Assembly: GCF_009914755.1 (NCBI RefSeq)
Contig: NC_060939.1
Reading direction: 5' to 3' (one strand)
Source of the DNA: the human T2T-CHM13v2.0 reference genome, Homo sapiens
Length of the DNA: 64,000 nt
In this document: piece after piece, positions 38,391 through 55,535 of the stretch
How the letters are laid out: each line of letters starts with the position of its first letter
Numbering within the stretch: the first letter of the stretch is position 1
Program-made: the position numbers and the translations under genes
The notes under the pieces: generated by a model
What the model was told of the DNA's origin: nothing
Database searches by the model: none
What the model saw: only the letters and a program-made list of their open reading frames with translations

Positions 38391-39747
38391 GATGGTAATA
38401 TTTTCCTACATTTTACTGAGATTTTCTTTCATGCGGTTTTGTGTACTTTCCCTTTTCCCTAATCAGTTCAAGCTATCTGTCAGCCTGGTAGTGAAAGAGG
38501 ATTAGAATTGTTACAACAGGAATGAGAAAAGAAAGAAGCATTCATGTTCATTCTTTGCCATCCAACACGGGAACTTGGGATTTTTGTCTCCATAACAAAG
38601 CAGTGTGCTCCAAAACCTGACTTAAGTCAAAAGTGGGGAGTGGGGAAGATGTTCTATTCTCTTCACCTTGAACAAAGGGCAACCTGACAGACTTGGTCAT
38701 AGAGTTTTCCTGTGCGCTATGAGTAGAGGAACAAAAGACATAGCAAAGGAAATGAAAATCCTCCATTCATCATATCTGAGCTAGGGGACCGGGGGTCAAA
38801 GAAGGGAAAAATAGGAAGATCTTATTTCTCTCCAAAACTTCACTGTGTGCAAGGAGAAAGGATAGCACTTTGAATTCAACATGTATTAATATGTATAGGA
38901 CACATTTTTATAGGAGCACTACAGAGAAAAATGGCACTTTTTAAAGGGGATACTCCACACATAGCCACTTCCTACATAATATAGAAATGTTGGCAGGAGG
39001 TAGTAGAAAAGAACAGAATGGTAGATGAGCTTAGGAGAATGGTCCTGGTTTCCTTGAAGCCTGTCTTTGGTGCTCACAGAGCAGTATCCAGGGGTGTCTG
39101 TATATTCCAGCAAGGTCATGAGAAAAGGCCACCAAGCTCGCAGGTGGCCCCTCAGAGGCCGAGGATCCTAGTGAGGAGGCCACAGAGATTTTGTGTCCAG
39201 AGCCAAATGGCTGAAGCTGCAGCACTACTAGTGGGTGGAGGCTTGTCGTTCTGAAAAGCTAAGTGGGCCAATAGTCCTCATGGTGTCCAGGCTAAGCAGG
39301 GGGCCAGACCAGTCATGCAGGGGCAGTGAGGCTCCACAGGGCTTAATTTGATCTCACTTTTCCCTAATTCTGAATACCAGAAGGCCATATATGCCAGATT
39401 CCAACAATTTTGTAGAGAGCAAGGGAAAGGATAGAAAATCTAAGACACTGGACGTTGTACCTAAATAACCGAGGTTCTATGGGGCTAAAGTTCTTTTTAA
39501 ATTTTTACATGGGACTACATTTGCTCAGACTGAACTAACATCTGTTATTTTTTTACTCTTCTCATTGGATCGAAGTTTATTAGGAAAGACATTTTAATTA
39601 TTAAGAAAAATTCTACATTTTATGTGCCCATCAACCTTGACCTGTGACTTTTAGTGAGTAAATATGCTACAAATCACTGAGATGCTTAATATAGCTTGAT
39701 TTAATCTCTTCTTTATACACAGTCCTACAAAGTCTAGGAGCCTGAGC

Positions 39748-39778
39748 AAAATAAATAAATAATAAATAAATAAATAAA
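39748..39778 (+). repeat. (AAAT)n microsatellite
   Basis: Directly visible. Confidence 0.9.
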
Positions 39779-40998
39779 CAAAATGAGAGCAACATTTTCT
39801 GACACAAAAGTGTTCGTTTCACACATTACTTAAAATGACAAAACATTGCAACAACTATATTCCTACTTTAAAGACTTAATAATGCATACCATAGCACAGA
39901 TATAAAATTAAATAATATGTCATTGTTAGGAGTTTTATGTGGAATTTTTAATAACATAAAATGTATATTTCTATCATTAGTTAAAAATATACATTTGGAC
40001 ATAAGTTATTGTTCAATTAGAGATAACTAAAGAACATTAACAGGAAATACATCAAAATCTTAAGGAAATTCATTGCTGAGTGTAGATTTATGATTGGTTC
40101 TTTTACGTCTTCAATAAAAGTTTTGCATATAGTAGATAGTACACCTAATCTAGTTTCATATTGGAAAACCTGAAATGAATTTACTACATATTTTTTAAAA
40201 AACGAAGAGGGGAAAGAGGAGGAGACATGGTGTAAAAGAGATCAGAGGAGTAGATCTTCTCTTCCTATCCTTTGAAAAGCGTTGATAAACAGGGATTTAG
40301 GAGGCATAAATACTTATACTTGATAAAACTAAAGTTGGTTCAGTAAGCTGGGACCTACCACAGAATCTAGGAATTGGGCAGAGCTTTACTGATACCTTTA
40401 ACCTACCATTTTTGCTGCCTTTAAGATGTTCTCTGTCTCTTCTAAAACTTTCATTGAACATAAATCTAAATCATTCATCTGGTATTTTCTAATGTAACTT
40501 TCCTTCTAGTCCTAGAAAAAGATAAAAAAATCTCATCAGCTCCTCTGAACAAACAATTGTCAGCCCTCCATGAGTAAATGCAAAAGCTCACTGTGGTTTT
40601 TGTCAGTAGGTGCATGGTCCTCAGGACCTGGGAGGCACATTGGACATCACTTCAACAGCATTTCTAAGGTGTGTCCTTGGCCGCAGATTAGCAACGAAGT
40701 GTTCCTGAACAAAGGGTTGCATGACTTTGGAGAACTCTTTAAACAAAATTAAACAGATTCCTTCACCAGAGAATTTCTCGGTTTGTGTCTCACTGACTCA
40801 TAAATCTCTAAGGGAGAATTGAATTACACACTTCCCAATTTTATTTGACTCAAAGCCCTTTGTATACATTAACAAAGGGATTATATTTTAAACTGACTTT
40901 TTCTGGAAGCTCCATACATTTACTGACTTCCATGAGAATGCTGGTCAAACACCTAGCTGGAGTGGATTTACAGCAAGGTAAGGAGAGAACTGAAAAGT

Positions 40999-41030
<32 letters not shown>

Positions 41031-41630
41031 CTCATGGAGAGAGAGTTGGGGTCTCCCAGAAGCCAGGTAGCAAGATGGGGTTAACTGAGAGCCTGGAGGT
41101 GGGCAGGCTCCACAGCTCACAGAGGAAGATCAGGAGCAGATGCAGCTGAATAATCTGCTTGTGCGATCACCAGCCTTCCTCAGAATCACTGCGGTTCCTT
41201 GTAGTAGTCTCCGCATTAACATGAAAAAGAGCATTAAATTTGTTTGGCACTGCCTGGAAATCTTCTCCCAGGATGAATCACATGCCTCAGAATTTTGGCA
41301 TTGCTAGGTGGTGAGGGATCTGTACTCCAAATAACACAACTTCAAGTCTCTTCAAAGATAACAGACAAAATGTATTGCATCCTTTTCTGACTGGCTTAAT
41401 TGAGTTGATGGTAGATTCTTCTCTTGGATGGATTTTGAGAAACAGTTCCAGTTCTAATACAGACCACTTATTTGAGAAAGTTAATTGTCACCGTTAAAGG
41501 TCAGTTTTCTCACCTTAAAATAGAACCCTATATATAACCATATGTGTATAGATAGATGGATAGATAGATAGACATAGATGTAGATATAGGTATAGATATA
41601 AATGTAGATAACCACATATGTGTAAGGCAT

Positions 41631-41992
41631 TGATATGGTTTGGCTGTGTCCCCAACCAAATCTCATCTTGAATTGTAGCTCCCATAATTCCCACGTGTTG
41701 TGAGAGGGACCCAGTGGGAGATGACTGAATCATGGGGATGATTTCCCCCATACTGTTCTCGTGGTGGTTAATAAGTCTCACCAGATCTGATCATTTTATA
41801 AGGGGTTCCTCCTTTTGCTTGGCTGTCATTATCTCTTGCCTGCTGCCATGTAAGATGTGACTTTCACCTTCCACCATGATTCTGAGGCCACCCAAGCCAC
41901 GTGGAACTGTGAGCCCATTAAACCTCTTTTTCTTTATAAATTACGCAGCCTTGGGTATGTCTTTATCAGCAGAGTGAAAACGGACTAATACA
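41631..41992 (+). mobile_element. THE1C/D MaLR solo LTR
   Basis: tgatatggtttggctgtgtcccc...cggactaataca; 5-bp TSD ggcat/gacat. Confidence 0.94.
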
Positions 41993-42879
41993 GACATAAA
42001 TGGTCTTACACGTATATGGTTATATATGTGTGTGAATGCATACACAAACATATGCACAAAACCATACATACATATATAAGCAATGGGGTTATTGTGTGGA
42101 TTAAATGACATGATATTTATCACATACTCAGAGGAGGGTCTGTCCCTTTTCAAGCACTTGATTAATAGTAGTTATTATTACTGAATTTGTAGTGCTTAAT
42201 ACACAGTAGTATTAGTGTTGTTTCATATATTTACAGCATATCACACCTGAGAAGGACATTAGAAATTAATATTGAAGTGACAAGGAACAGAGTCGTTTAA
42301 ATAACAGAGATTTTGACCTGAGTACTTATCGTAATCTTATTTCATTGTGGTTTATTAATTCTTTAAACATATATTGAAATCATTCACAGCTATAAGAAGT
42401 GGGAGTAAGGGATGCATGAGTAATTAAATCCTCATTGGCTCCAGACTACATAGATTATTTTAGTAACTCCTCATGGGTCATTGTTTTGACATTGTTAAGG
42501 ACCACTTAACAATTTCAGTTTTTAACTATTCAAGTTTGAGAATATGGCAATCCCGTCAAGCAAAAGATATATTGAATCTACGATTCACTTAGTGCTATTC
42601 ACCAGACTGGAAACACAGAGATGAACAAAACCAACAAAACACCTCCTTTATGAAGCCCTCCTGCAATTGCAATGTAATTTATGCCTATGGATATGAAAAT
42701 CAAGAAAACAGTGAAAATATCTGCTAGTAAGACCCTGTAAAGCTTACCCATGTTTCGTCATGACCAATTTCCCAGAATTTGTAGGACTTTTAGTTAAATG
42801 CTGTTGTAAATTCCTCCTACACAGATTATAAAGGTTAAGGAACCATATCACACTGACACTACTAAAGCCAAAATCCGTT

Positions 42880-43310
42880 TACCATTCACCATGACCATTG
42901 TAGTAGTAGTCTCATGATTTTTCTGTGCCTTCTGCCCCCTGTAATCTTTCTGATATACTATTAGAGTCATTGTCCTGGAAAAATGTTCTGACCAGGCCAT
43001 TCTGAGGCTTCTGAAATTTCAAAACCTTCTTGGTACTGAATGTAGTAATCATGATTTGAATGTCTAACCCCAACCCCCTGGCTCTTCTATGCCCTATGCT
43101 CCAGCCAAATTGAATTCCTTCTGTTTCCCGTAAATGTCCTAGGCTTTGTCTCTTATGCTTATGCCTCCCGTGCCGTTTCCTTCATCTTCATGTGAGCAAA
43201 CCCCACCTGTCTTTCAAGGCACAGGTCAAATGCCTTCCCTGACTCCTTCCCTGTCAACAATAATTTATACCTCCTCTGAATTCGCATGGGTAGGTATCCC
43301 TTATGGCACT
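42880..43310 (+). mobile_element. L2 fragment
   Basis: ctccagccaaattgaattccttctgtttccc...caggtcaaatgccttccctgac. Confidence 0.55.
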
Positions 43311-43337
43311 TGCGACTTTAGGAAGATTCTTTTTGTG

Positions 43338-43373
43338 ACACACACACACACACACACACATATATACACATAT

Positions 43374-43428
<55 letters not shown>
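43338..43428. repeat. Compound (AC)n-(AT)-(GT)n alternating purine-pyrimidine tract
   Basis: Directly visible. Confidence 0.96.
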
Positions 43429-43504
43429 GCTGTGTCTTGAGCGATTTTAGTACCAAATCCTTGGTCTGGTCATCATGGCATTCATGCAGCATTTTGGTTT
43501 GAGT

Positions 43505-43538
43505 GACACACACACACCACACACACACACACACACAC
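43505..43538 (+). repeat. (CA)n microsatellite
   Basis: Directly visible. Confidence 0.93.
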
Positions 43539-44609
43539 AATTAATTTAAATATGGGTTGATATTGATAAGGAAAAAACAATGAAATAGGGGAAGTCAGAG
43601 ATGTAAACACACACTCACACTGTTTTAGTCTATTGTAATAATGAATTGAGTTCTCTATATCGATGCAAAAAAAGGTGATGAAATGATACAATGTTTGCAT
43701 CTTTCTCTTTTACAAGACAAACACCAAAATGAGATGAACTAAATTATTTTTTTCATGTGACTGAGTTGACTCTTATTAACCTATTTTGGGTCCGTTGTGG
43801 CTTTGTGTTCATAAAAATATTCATCATACTTATCTCCCTTTCCCTTGAACCCTCAGTAATTCTACTTCATAAATTCTTACTTTTGTATATTGGGTTTGCC
43901 TAAAGAAAAAATACTCTTGTTTCACCGTAGTTTTTAAAGATGTTTATCAATAATGTGTGACTTTCTGTGTTTCTGTTTTTTAACTTTTCTACCATTTTCT
44001 GTGAATAGAAACGTGTGAGTACTTGGAAGATAATGCAGTGGGTGTATATTTGCGAGAATAAAAACTGTGAATATTGTAGCAAGCAGTAAGTTGCTTCATC
44101 TAAGTGCAAATATTCTGCTCCTCACACACTCCACTTGGGCTGCTTTCCAGGATCTATCATTTAGGCTGTGGGCCACTCCAGGGCATGTGTCTTGCTGTCA
44201 CAATGCCTTACTACAAGTACATTTTACAGTGATTTTCAACAAGCTGAAGAGTGACATTATCACAGTGGGATTTCTGATCTTCACATTCCAGAGGGGATCT
44301 TCATCCAGGAGGTCAGTAAAGATGGAGTTTAAAGCAGTGTTTTAGCCACTATGTCTGCAAATTCAGGGAGGCAAACAGAGAGAGCTACAAGTCTCCAAAG
44401 GCGTTATTCATATCATTTTAAAAATTAGGTGCAGTAGTATGTTGTGCCTGTGAGTTTCTTCCTATATATTTTAAAGGATATATGTGGTTTCCCTGCATTA
44501 ATTCCTCTGTGACAAAACTGGAAAATAAAACAACATAACTGATATTTAATGTATATCCTCAAATAAAGAACAAGAAATGTGATAGACACACAAACAGATA
44601 GATAAACAG

Positions 44610-44735
44610 ATAAGAAAAAGAAAGGAGAAGAAAGGGAGGGAGGGAGGGAGGAAGGAAAGAAGGAAGGAAGGAAAGGAAAGGAAAGACAGAAAAAAGAAGA
44701 AAAGAGAAAGAGAAGTAAAGAAAGAGAAAGAAAGA
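44610..44735 (+). repeat. GA-rich polypurine tract
   Basis: Directly visible. Confidence 0.93.
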
Positions 44736-45210
44736 TAGTAGTTTCTTGGGGCTGCCATTACAAAATACTTCACCACAAACTGGATGATTTAAAATAATAG
44801 GAGTTTATTATCTTGGTTCTGGAAGCTAAAAGTCAAAAACCAAAGTGTCAGCAGGGCTGTGCTTTCTTTGGCATTTCTAGGATATAATCTTTCTCTCAAT
44901 TGTACTAGATTCTAATGTTTGCCAGCAATTATTGGCATTCTTTGGCTTGTAGATACATCATTCCAGTCTCTCATGGCCATCTTCTCCCTGTATGTCTTCA
45001 TATCGTCTTCTTTCTATGTATGTCTGTTTCTGTGTCCACATTTTCTCTTTTTATAAAGATAATAACCATTGGATTAGAGCCTATCCTAAGGATCTCGTTT
45101 TAACTTCATTACCTTTGTAAACTTACTTTCAAATAAGATCAAATTCTGAGGATTCTGAAGGCTAGGATTGCAACATTTCTTCTTGGGAGAACATAATTCA
45201 ACCCATAACA
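44736..45210 (-). mobile_element. MLT1A/B-like MaLR LTR
   Basis: ggggctgccattacaaaatac...ggttctggaagcta...ataattcaacccataaca. Confidence 0.85.
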
Positions 45211-46049
45211 GATCCAATAGATTTGTAAATCGATAATTTAAAATACATTTTGGTGACTATTTGAAATATACTTAATTTACTATGAAGATTTTTCTCCTGA
45301 CAACATCAACATGCCCATTATATATCTATATGTGTTGATGTATGCTTAAGTAGGGAATATTTATAAATAAATTAAATAATTAAGAATAAACCATTTCTGA
45401 TCATCAGTTTTGTGCAAAGGACTCCCAGTACTCTGTGCTTGGTGGGTAAAACGGTAAAGCAGACACAGGTCTTCTCTTAAGAACTTGGATCTGAGGGTTA
45501 TTGTGAATGTCTCCAACTTTAATTGGTCCATCTTGCACACGGTTTCCAATCAGCACTAGTGCTCCAATTTATAATTCTGAACCTAACTACTATTTCACAC
45601 CTTCAGGCTGCTCCACTCTGCCCCACCTGCCTGCTCTTTGTTGATTGTCTTAATTTATGTAAGTATTTTTTCTTACCCCATCCTCCCCTTCCTAAGTGGA
45701 AGCTCCTTTGACAGCTGAAAAACAGATCACAGACTCCATTTTGTGGTACATTCTCATCCCTCTATCCAAGAACAACTATTAGTGTTTTACACTTGTATGT
45801 TTAATCAAATACCAAATATGTGGAGAGCAACTTTTCAAATTTAAATATCACTCTATCAAATAATCTGGGGATACTAAAGATGTTTGAAATTTTTTTGCCT
45901 TCAATGTATTTAAATGTACAGTGAGACAAGATTTTCACAGTGCAACATTTAGAGGACAAGATAGTTTCTGTGATTCACGTTTGAATTATACGAATATAAC
46001 ATAAGCTATGTATTAAAAAGTCCAGTCGATACTAAAGTAGGCTCAAAGG

Positions 46050-46646
46050 AACCTTAACATTAACATATTCAAAGCTGAATGCCTGGTCTTATTTCCCATC
46101 AGTCCCTCACTGGGATTTCTCTTCTTCTGTGTTTCCCAACTGGTTGCCCAGGCCATATACCTAGGAGTCACCAGTAATGCTATTGCTTCCCTAACTTCCC
46201 ACTGATTCGTTGTTGAGACCCCTCTCTGAATCTATATTGTGTTCGACATATCCACCACAGAGGCTTTAGTCTACCTATGCTTGTCCAGTCCATGAAAATG
46301 CCTCCTCATGTATCTACCTGCATTCACTGTTCCAATCCACTTTCCACAATGCAAACAGGATATTTTAAATATATAAATTTGATTACTTAAAAACACTTCA
46401 AGAGCTTCTCTTGGGTAAAGATAAAATTTCATAACATGATTTCTAAGATTCTGTATGGATTTTCCTATGTACTATTCTCCTTTTTGAATATCGACTATTC
46501 CCCCAATGAGACTCCCTTTCTTTCCATCCTTCTACTAAGCTTGCTTTCCTTTTCTTGGGACCTTTTTATATATTGCACAGCCTGAAGTACTCCTTGCTCC
46601 TTCTTTAGTCCCAGAAGTTTCTTACCACTCCTCAAGTCTCAGGTCA
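46050..46646 (+). mobile_element. L2 fragment, continuing after the L1/Alu at ~53005-53185
   Basis: aacattaacatattcaaagctgaa...ggttgcccaggcca...cctaggagtca; typical L2 end tgttgaatgaataaa at ~53175. Confidence 0.6.
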
Positions 46647-46882
46647 CCCACCTGTTTATTTATTTATTTTTTTTTTTATTATACTTTAAGTTTTAGGGTA
46701 CATGTGCACATTGTGCAGGTTAGTTACATATGTATACATGTGCCATGCTGGTGCGCTGCACCCACTAACTCGTCATCTAGCATTAGGTATATCTCCCAAT
46801 GCTATCCCTCCCCCCTACCCCCACCCCACAACAGTCCCCAGAGTGTGATATTCCCCTTCCTGTGTCCATGTGATCTCATTGT

Positions 46883-50709
<3,827 letters not shown>

Positions 50710-50772
50710 TATGATGTTAGCTGGTTATTTTGCTCGTTAGTTGACGCAGTTTCTTCCTAGTCTCGATGGTCT

Positions 50773-51789
50773 TTACATTTTGGCATGACTTTGCAGCGGC
50801 TGGTACCGGTTGTTCCTTTCCATGTTTAGCACTTCCTTCAGGAGCTCTTTTAGGGCAGGCCTGGTGGTGACAAAATCTCTCAGCATTTGCTTGTCTGTAA
50901 AGTATTTTATTTCTCCTTCACTTATGAAGCTTAGTTTGGCTGGATATGAAATTCTGGGTTGAAAATTCTTTTCTTTAAGAATGTTGAATATTGGCCCCCA
51001 CTCTCTTCTGGCTTGTAGGGTTTCTGCTGAGAGATCCGCTGTTAGTCTGATGGGCTTCCCTTTGAGGGTAACCCGACCTTTCTCTCTGGCTGCCCTTAAC
51101 ATTTTTTCCTTCATTTCAACTTTGGTGAATCTGACAATTATGTGTCTTGGAGTTGCTCTTCTCGAGGAGTATCTTTGTGGCGTTCTCTGTATTTCCTGAA
51201 TCTGAACGTTGGCCTGCCTTGCTAGATTGGGGAAGTTCTCCTGGATAATATCCTGCAGAGTGTTTTCCAACTTGGTTCCATTCTCCGCATCACTTTCAGG
51301 TACACCAATCAGACGTAGATTTGGTCTTTTCACATAGTCCCATATTTCTTGGGGGCTTTGCTCATTTCTTTTTATTCTTTTTTCTCTAAACTTCCCTTCT
51401 CGCTTCATTTCATTCATTTCATCTTCCATTGCTGATACCGTTTCTTCCAGTTGATGGCATCGTTTCCTGAGGCTTCTGCATTCTTCACGTAGTTCTCGAG
51501 CCTTGGCTTTCAGCTCCATCAGCTCCTTTAAGCATTTCTCTGTATTGGTTATTCTAGTTATACATTCTTCTAAATTTTTTTCGAAGTTTTCAACTTCTTT
51601 GCCTTTGGTTTGAATGTCCTCCCATAGCTCAGAGTAATTTGATCGTCTGAAGCCTTCTTCTCTCAGCTCGTCAAAATCATTCTCCATCCAGCTTTGTTCC
51701 ATTGCTGGTGAGGAACTGTGTTTCTTTGGAGGAGGAGAGGCGCTCTGCGTTTTAGAGTTTCCAGTTTTTCTGTTCTGTTTTTTCCCCAT
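50773..51789 (-). CDS. LINE-1 ORF1p, intact 338 aa
   Basis: MGKKQNRKTGNSK...; REKG, ARR and YPAKLS motifs intact; canonical length. Confidence 0.93.
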   Translation of the reverse strand: MGKKQNRKTGNSKTQSASPPPKKHSSSPAMEQSWMENDFDELREEGFRRSNYSELWEDIQTKGKEVENFEKNLEECITRITNTEKCLKELMELKAKARELREECRSLRKRCHQLEETVSAMEDEMNEMKREGKFREKRIKRNEQSPQEIWDYVKRPNLRLIGVPESDAENGTKLENTLQDIIQENFPNLARQANVQIQEIQRTPQRYSSRRATPRHIIVRFTKVEMKEKMLRAAREKGRVTLKGKPIRLTADLSAETLQARREWGPIFNILKEKNFQPRISYPAKLSFISEGEIKYFTDKQMLRDFVTTRPALKELLKEVLNMERNNRYQPLQSHAKM

Positions 51790-53001
<1,212 letters not shown>

Positions 53002-53209
53002 AACCACTTCTTTCTCAATGCAACATTCTCCGACACCAAGACTGCTCAAAACTGTTATGGGCATCTGCTGTACCACATTCATCCCCCTCAGAGTTCATAA
53101 CCAAGTTGCAATTTTTTATTTATTTCATGTCGACATATTACTGAAATCTAAGCTCTGTTAATATTTATATATATGTTGAATGAATAAAGAGGATACAATA
53201 ATAATTATT

Positions 53210-53670
53210 TGTACTAATTATAATACAGGCTAAACTATTATACAAAGACACTCAAATATGGGCTGACTTACACGGGATAGTTTATTTTCCTCTCTCTAAA
53301 TAGTACTTATGTCAGCAGTCCATAGCTGGAGATGTGGCTGCTCCTCTCCAAGAGGTCCATCTTCTCTCCCTGTCACCTCCCCACAGGGTCATCTTGGTGG
53401 TTGTGACTAAAGCCTGGGTGCCCACTCTCCAGCCTGTGGGAAGTGGGAAAGAAGTCCTGGGAAGCAGCTGCATCTTCAAGGAGGTGGTCCAAAGTCACAC
53501 TCATCACTTGCCAACCCCTCTAGTTCCTCCAAACTTGATCACATGGCCATTTCTAGCTGCAAAAGACGCTTTAGTTGGGTTGCTATGTGTTCAGTTAAAG
53601 CCCAGCGTTCTCTAATTCAAAGGAAAAAGGGAAAATGAACATCATGTTTCAGTTAGCAACAACTGCTATA
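53210..53670 (-). mobile_element. Old MLT1 (J/K/L-like) LTR
   Basis: gatcacatggccatttctagctgcaaaag and related MLT1 motifs. Confidence 0.55.
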
Positions 53671-54084
53671 AGCCCTTGTCGCTATACATGGTCTGTTCTA
53701 TTTCCCAAGAAGTTCCCATCGTTAACCAACTTCAGCAATTTCTTATATACAACACGGTTGCAGCACAGCATGTGTCTGCACATATACACACATGCACACA
53801 CTCATCAATATATACAAATGTTTTTTGTTGTTTCCTTCTCTTTGCTGTATTTTCTTCCATACGAATTATTGCCCCATTATACAGACTATTATGTATCTCA
53901 CTTTTTTCACTATATAAGTCTTGGAATTATTTTCATATCTTACCACCTTTTTTGTTTTTTAACCAGTATATTATGTATCATATGTTTGATAATTCATGGG
54001 TCTCTCATTGATGGATATGCAGATTGCTTCCATTTGCTGTTGTTGATTTTGCTGTTACCAGTTTGGCCACAATGACTATCCTAG

Positions 54085-54485
54085 CACAGTGAGAATAGGG
54101 GTTATGAGGATGGGCTCTGAAGTCAGACTGTCTTTGTTTCATATCTGCTTCTAACACTTCCCAGCATTTTAACTGTGAGAAAGTTATGTAAATTCTCTGT
54201 GATCCCATTTCTGAAAATGGGAAAAACTATAGTTATTTTTAATTTTTAATTTTTTTTAAAGACAGTATCTCACTCTGTTGCCCAGGCTGAAGTGCAGTGA
54301 CATGATCATAGCTCATTGCAGCCTTAAACTCCTGATCTCAACTGATCCTCCCACTTCAGCTTCCCATGTAGCTAGGACTAGAGGCACACACTATCTTATC
54401 TCTTTATGTTATAAAGATTAAATAAACTTGTAGACTTAATAATACCTGCATATCGAAAACCTTCATAAACATTAGCTATAATTGC
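54085..54485 (+). mobile_element. MIR interrupted by an Alu monomer
   Basis: gggctctgaagtcagactg...ctgtgagaaagttatgtaaattctctgtg...ctgaaaatggg. Confidence 0.65.
54243..54392 (-). mobile_element. Old Alu monomer (FLAM/FRAM or AluJ arm)
   Basis: gacagtatctcactctgttgcccaggctg...gatcatagctcattgcagcc...ctgatcctcccac. Confidence 0.85.
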
Positions 54486-55035
54486 TAGTTTGTATTTTAA
54501 TTTTTTATTTTGAAATAATTTTAGACTGACATTGAAGCTTCAAAAATAGTATACAGAAATTCCAAGTACCCTTCACTCAGCTTCCTTCAGTGATAACATC
54601 TCACAAAAGAGAATAACTATCAAAACCAAAAATTGACTAAATAATTTTGGCAGTTTTCCTGCCATTTTCTTGGTGAACACTTCCATGAAATTTTCTCAAA
54701 TGTGTAGATTTGTGTAACCACCACTAAAATTAGGGTATGGAACTGTTATAATATCATCCCTCAAAAATTCCCTCACACTACAATTTTATTTCACACATTT
54801 CACACAACTCTGTTGACAACAATGGTTGTGTTTTCCATCATCACAGTTTGGCCATTTACAGAAAGTTTTTAAAATGGAGTAATACAGTATATGATCTTTT
54901 GAGAATGGCTTGTTTCACTAGGCATAATGTCATTGAGATTTATCCAATGTATTGCGCATTTCGATTGTTTGTTCCTTTTGATTGCTGAATAATATTCCAT
55001 TGAATAGATGTGCCACAGTTTATTTATTCATCCAG

Positions 55036-55535
55036 TGTATTAGTTACCTGTGGCTGCTATAAGAAATTAGCACAAATTTTATGATTTAAAACTGCAGAAA
55101 TGCATTCTCTCACAGTTCTAGCTGCCAGCAGTCCAAAATCTACCAGTGGGCAGAAGTCAAGGTGTTGGCCGAGATATGGTGCCGTGATCCCTCTGGATAT
55201 TCTGGTGGAGAATCTATCTCTTGCTTCTTCCCACTTCTGGAGGCTGCTGGCATTTGTTAACTTGTGGATACATCAATCCAATTTCTGCCTTTGACTTCAC
55301 ATCACCCTCTCCTCTTATGTCTATCTGTCCAATCTACCTCTAGCTCCTCGTTATCATGAAGTGTGATCTCCTTTAAGATCCACCTGGGTAATCCAGGATA
55401 ATCTTCCAGCTCAAGACTCTTAATTTAATCACATGTACACACAAACCCTTTTTTTTCCACATAAGGTGACATTTACAGATTCCAGAGTTTAGTATCTAAT
55501 ATCCTCTGGGGTCATTATTCAGCCAACTCTGCCTT
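55036..55535 (-). mobile_element. MLT1C/D-like LTR
   Basis: tgtattagttacctgtggctgctataa...tctctcacagttct...ggggtcattattcagcc. Confidence 0.85.

Noticed and set aside
40999-41030. Isolated A-run plus (GA)n as a possible retrocopy tail
   Set aside because: No upstream poly(A) signal, TSD or recognisable body found.
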